Assembly (NCBI RefSeq): GCF_018977255.1
Contig: NW_024704743.1
Span: forward strand, 79,548,001 to 79,612,000
Reading direction: 5' to 3'
Length of the DNA: 64,000 bases
Source of the DNA: Callorhinchus milii
Taxonomy: Eukaryota
Made by a program: the position numbers and the translations under genes. The notes under the pieces were generated by a model. That model did no database searches. It was not told the DNA's origin and saw only the letters and a program-made list of their open reading frames with translations. Positions 60,259-64,000 of the stretch are shown piece by piece. The number at the start of each line of letters is the position of its first letter. The first letter of the stretch is position 1.

Positions 60259-62624
60259 TAATAACAATACAATAATATAATCCTTACTTTAGATTAATGG
60301 CTTTTACATCAGGATGAAGTCCCAAAGTGTTTCACAGGATATATTGTAAAGTGGTATATGATTGATAGCATCAGAGAAATCAGAAGATTGAAGAAAGTTC
60401 ATAGCACAGAAGTGTCCATTTAGTACTGAGTCATGTAGTCACTGCAGGTGCCAGATTCAGTTCCAAATTGTGCTATTAGTTAATCTCATCCAGTTCACTG
60501 CTGGAAGCAGTACAGTTTGCCTCAGCAGCCCTAGGGCTACAAGGCAGTGAAGTCAGCCAAGATTTCTATTTCTCATTTTTGTCAACTACAAATACAATAA
60601 CTTTCACTTATAAGGTACCTTTCAACTAAGATGAAGATCTCCACGCAATTCAACTCCAGCAGCTCCTTATTCAGCAACTCCTACTTGCATTTATCTATAT
60701 CGACACTTATGGTGAGGACAGGAGTGAACGTGAGTGTAATATGAATGTAATACTTTTAACAGTAAGCCTTGTGCAGGGTGACACATGAAGAATGGCTTAT
60801 TTGAGTGAGTTACCAAAGGGTTGTTGCCACTTGTGGAATCAAGACCCCGATTATGGAGTAAAGCAATTCCTTTACACAAGTTACTTTCATAACATTCCCA
60901 TGCATCACAACTAAAAACTATTAATCCACAAACCCATCTGTTTCTTTCTATTTGCCCTTAGTAGTTCATGGACTGTATTCTTTTGCTTAATGTGAGGAGT
61001 CACTTTAATTCGGAGGATTACCCGAAAGCTCTTCTGAATTCTTCATTATAAAAAGTGTCAACATCAGCACTCAGCACCTATTGGTGGGTACTCTAAATTA
61101 AGCCACACACTGAATGCAGCTCTGTGTCTGTTACTGGTTTATCACTGCCATTTTATTGTCGTGCAGGAGAATGCTTTGATGTAAGCAGCTACCCTTAGTG
61201 AAAGGTTAGTCCTGGGTATATGGAGGTCAGCTTTGTTTCTTTTTATAGAGCTGGAAAATGGTAGTGAATGAAAATGATTTCCTGTGACTGCCAGGGACAT
61301 CAGAAGGCTCTTTCATTATGTTATCCTGCAGTAGGTCATATAGCTCTTGTACATGTATACCCTGACTTCCTCTGCCTTGAGGGCACCCAAGTCTAATTTT
61401 ATTACTGAGGCCCACCAAAGCAGCTCTAATATTGAGTTTGTCTGGATTGCACAGTGCTTCAGTGCTGCAATCAATAACATTCTTTAAATTTACTTAAGTG
61501 GCTGTAGCTATTTATTGAACATTGGCCACAGCCAGTGACTGAACTACCAGCTATCTGTAAAAATATACAATGGATTAGTTGACATAAAACCCAATTTCAT
61601 GAAGAAATATTCTGATTCACTCAATGTTTTAACATTCCTTATCAGTAATTCCTTTTTAAAAAGTGAAGCCACATTTCAGGAGCAAGCCTTACGAATCCAT
61701 TAGATTACTTGCCAAAAATCACACCAGCAGAAAGATTGTGTTGGATATGACTTTAGGTTTTATAGCCAAGCTTAACATCCCCTGGTGCTTGTTGTTTACA
61801 AATAATCTCAAACTCTGCTCCAGTAGTTTTGCCCAATTGAATAAGATTTGTGACCCACCACAGCCCTCTGTGTCATTCACAATAACCCCAAAGCATGCTG
61901 TAATAACCCTATGCTCATTCACAAAGATGAAAAGATGAACAGATGAGAGTTCTGTAATTCTGTGTGCCTTATGTAAATGTACCAAGGCAGAAACTGAGAT
62001 CTTTATGTAATGATTAAACCGATCAAATGGGCTAGGCCCAAGGCCTCTAGGCCAATTGGTAAATGTTGATTTTTAGCCACGAATAGAGCAGGATTATGGC
62101 ACTCCTCAGCAGGTCAATGCTGGGAACAAAATATCTGACAAAGAAAACTGTCAGCCTGAGTAAGGCTTAAAAATGACAAAATAAAAATTGCGCACATTGA
62201 AGTAAAAAACTATGGTGGATGTTGATATCTTAAAAGGAAGCAAGTATTCACTGGGATGGGTATTCTGCCACAAAGTATAGAATAGCCCAATTTTACCCTT
62301 TTTTTTCTTACATTCAATGTAGTGGTATTGGCCTTGTAGCCCACACTAGTCATCCTAGCACTAGCTGTACACCACAGCTTTGTTCAAACAACTGAAAATC
62401 TCAAGTGTGCATGAATGTCTTCCCAAACTATTGGGGTTTGTGATCTCTTGCCAGTCAAACTCCAGGTACTTGGAGTCACTGGAAATGCCAAGAAATATAA
62501 TAGAAAACTCTTGGCATATTACATTTCCATCACTTTTTTGTCTGCTGGTTTCTAACACATCCTCCTGCTCCTCAGGACTATTCAGTTACAACAGCTCTTT
62601 GACCTCCCATGTCCAGCATTGATC

Positions 62625-63095
62625 AGGGTGATGGAGGAAAGCCATATTGCAGGATGAAGGAAAGCTGAATGAGTGAGAGCACACAGGTTGGGGTTGAAGG
62701 ACAGTTGGGGGGTCAAATAGGACACCAAGATTCTGCACCATGAGGTGGAGTGAGCATTCCTGCAGTTTAATTCATTCAGTACCTGAGGTGAGAAGGTGCT
62801 GATGGGAGCTAAATAGAGGAGAGATCATGTCTTGTTGACATTCAACTGAAGAAAGATAGAGCTCATCCAGCACTTAATATCTGACCAGCAGTCATTGAGA
62901 AGAGCCATGGTCCTAGAGTCGAGGATGGGGGCAGAGAGATTTAGTTAGGTGACATCTGCATTGAGTTAGGTGACAAGTGGAGGTGAACCCAATCCCTGCA
63001 GATGATGTTACCAAATGGGAGCATATAAATGGTGAAAAGAAGAAGACTGAGAATGGAACCCTGAGGAATGCTACACGTCACTATACGGGTCCAGG
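62625..63095 (-). mobile_element. Old L2 reverse-transcriptase fragment
   Basis: Minus translation (S)IPQGSILSLLLFTIYMLPFGNII..DCWSDIKCWM..QLNVNKT..QNLGVLFD. Confidence 0.88.
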
Positions 63096-63354
63096 AAGAG
63101 AAGACAAATATTCAAGGCTGAAATTTGTGGTGTTCCTTAAAACATTACTTAATTTAGTTAAAGAACACTTTGAGGAGCAATATGAGTTGGCACCTATCTC
63201 CAGATGAATGGTTTTATCTTTTCAGGGATGTAGTGCTGTCATTTTGTGACTGTATTTGTAAAGTTTGTGGCTTTTGTCTTGTCATTTTTCTTTTTGCTTC
63301 GTATTGGTTTCCCAGAACCATTCTATCTTGGATGGCTGAAATCAACACTCACCT

Positions 63355-63470
63355 GGGCCCAAAAATTAACCTTTAATGATCTGCCCATTGGTTTCAAGCC
63401 TAGCCCATCTGATTGCTAAATGATTTATTTTGGTTCAGGCCTTTCTAGTCCCTTTGTGAATTTTAACCCC
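63355..63470. mobile_element. Possible MITE; related sequence in inverted orientation at about 62007-62078
   Basis: gggcccaaaaatt..aattttaacccc ends; shared atc(a/g)atgggctaggc core. Confidence 0.4.
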
Positions 63471-64000
63471 TAAGTTTTACAAGTTTCTTTGGCTTTTTAT
63501 AAATGTCAATCGTCCGCCCTGCAGTTCAAAATTGTTGGTCAGTTGCCAGTTAGTGAGTGCAGTACCCATGAATTATACAGCCCTCAGCCATGAAGTAAAG
63601 CACAGGCTCCACTGCCAAGACTGTCATTTTAGATCTTGCCTTGCAATCATCAGCAATGTAACTGTTCATTTAGTGATTGCTCCACCAGATGGATTTACCT
63701 CTAACTCTAAATTTTGGGAATTGAACATTTATTTTGCCAAGTATTCATATCTTGGAATAGGATGCAAGTATATGCTACGCCGCAGTTATGCTTTCCGGCA
63801 CTGATTCAATGTAGTGGCTGTAGAGATCATTCGGAGTCAGCAGACCATACTATACTGGATTGATCTCACCTAGGCTTGAATCCAAGTAAACTGGACCTCA
63901 CGTGTAACTCAAGTGCACAGTCAGTGCTCTGCTAAATGCAGCATGTTCTGGGTCATTGTTAAAATGAATGAAGATCCAGTAATGTGAATGGCTCTGACTG

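Noticed and set aside
1..64000. Prokaryotic-type systems (operons, defence islands, CRISPR-Cas) or an intact autonomous transposon or virus
   Set aside because: There are no long intact ORFs, and the sequence is dominated by decayed vertebrate retroelements

Overview
AT-rich, repeat-dense vertebrate genomic DNA (intergenic or intronic). It is not prokaryotic. The repeat content (L2 and CR1-group LINE fragments, Deu-domain SacSINE1-like SINEs, a young tRNA-Ala-headed SINE ending in (TTA)n, several MITE-like TIR elements) points to a cartilaginous fish, possibly a chimaera/elephant shark; this is an inference. I find no intact protein-coding gene, true tRNA/rRNA gene or CRISPR array. Most long ORFs in the track are LINE/SINE frames or antisense shadows. 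The most notable non-repeat signals are two decayed minus-strand reading frames: a BRICHOS-domain-like remnant at about 9.5-9.9 kb, and an 11-residue amphipathic-repeat remnant at about 51.6-51.9 kb whose in-frame stops recur at equivalent repeat positions. Also present are a few splice-signal-bounded candidate exons, a chimeric tRNA/CORE-like/Deu/L2-tail SINE with visible subfamily and tail-hairpin evolution, local duplications and hairpins. All calls were made by eye, and repeat boundaries are approximate.
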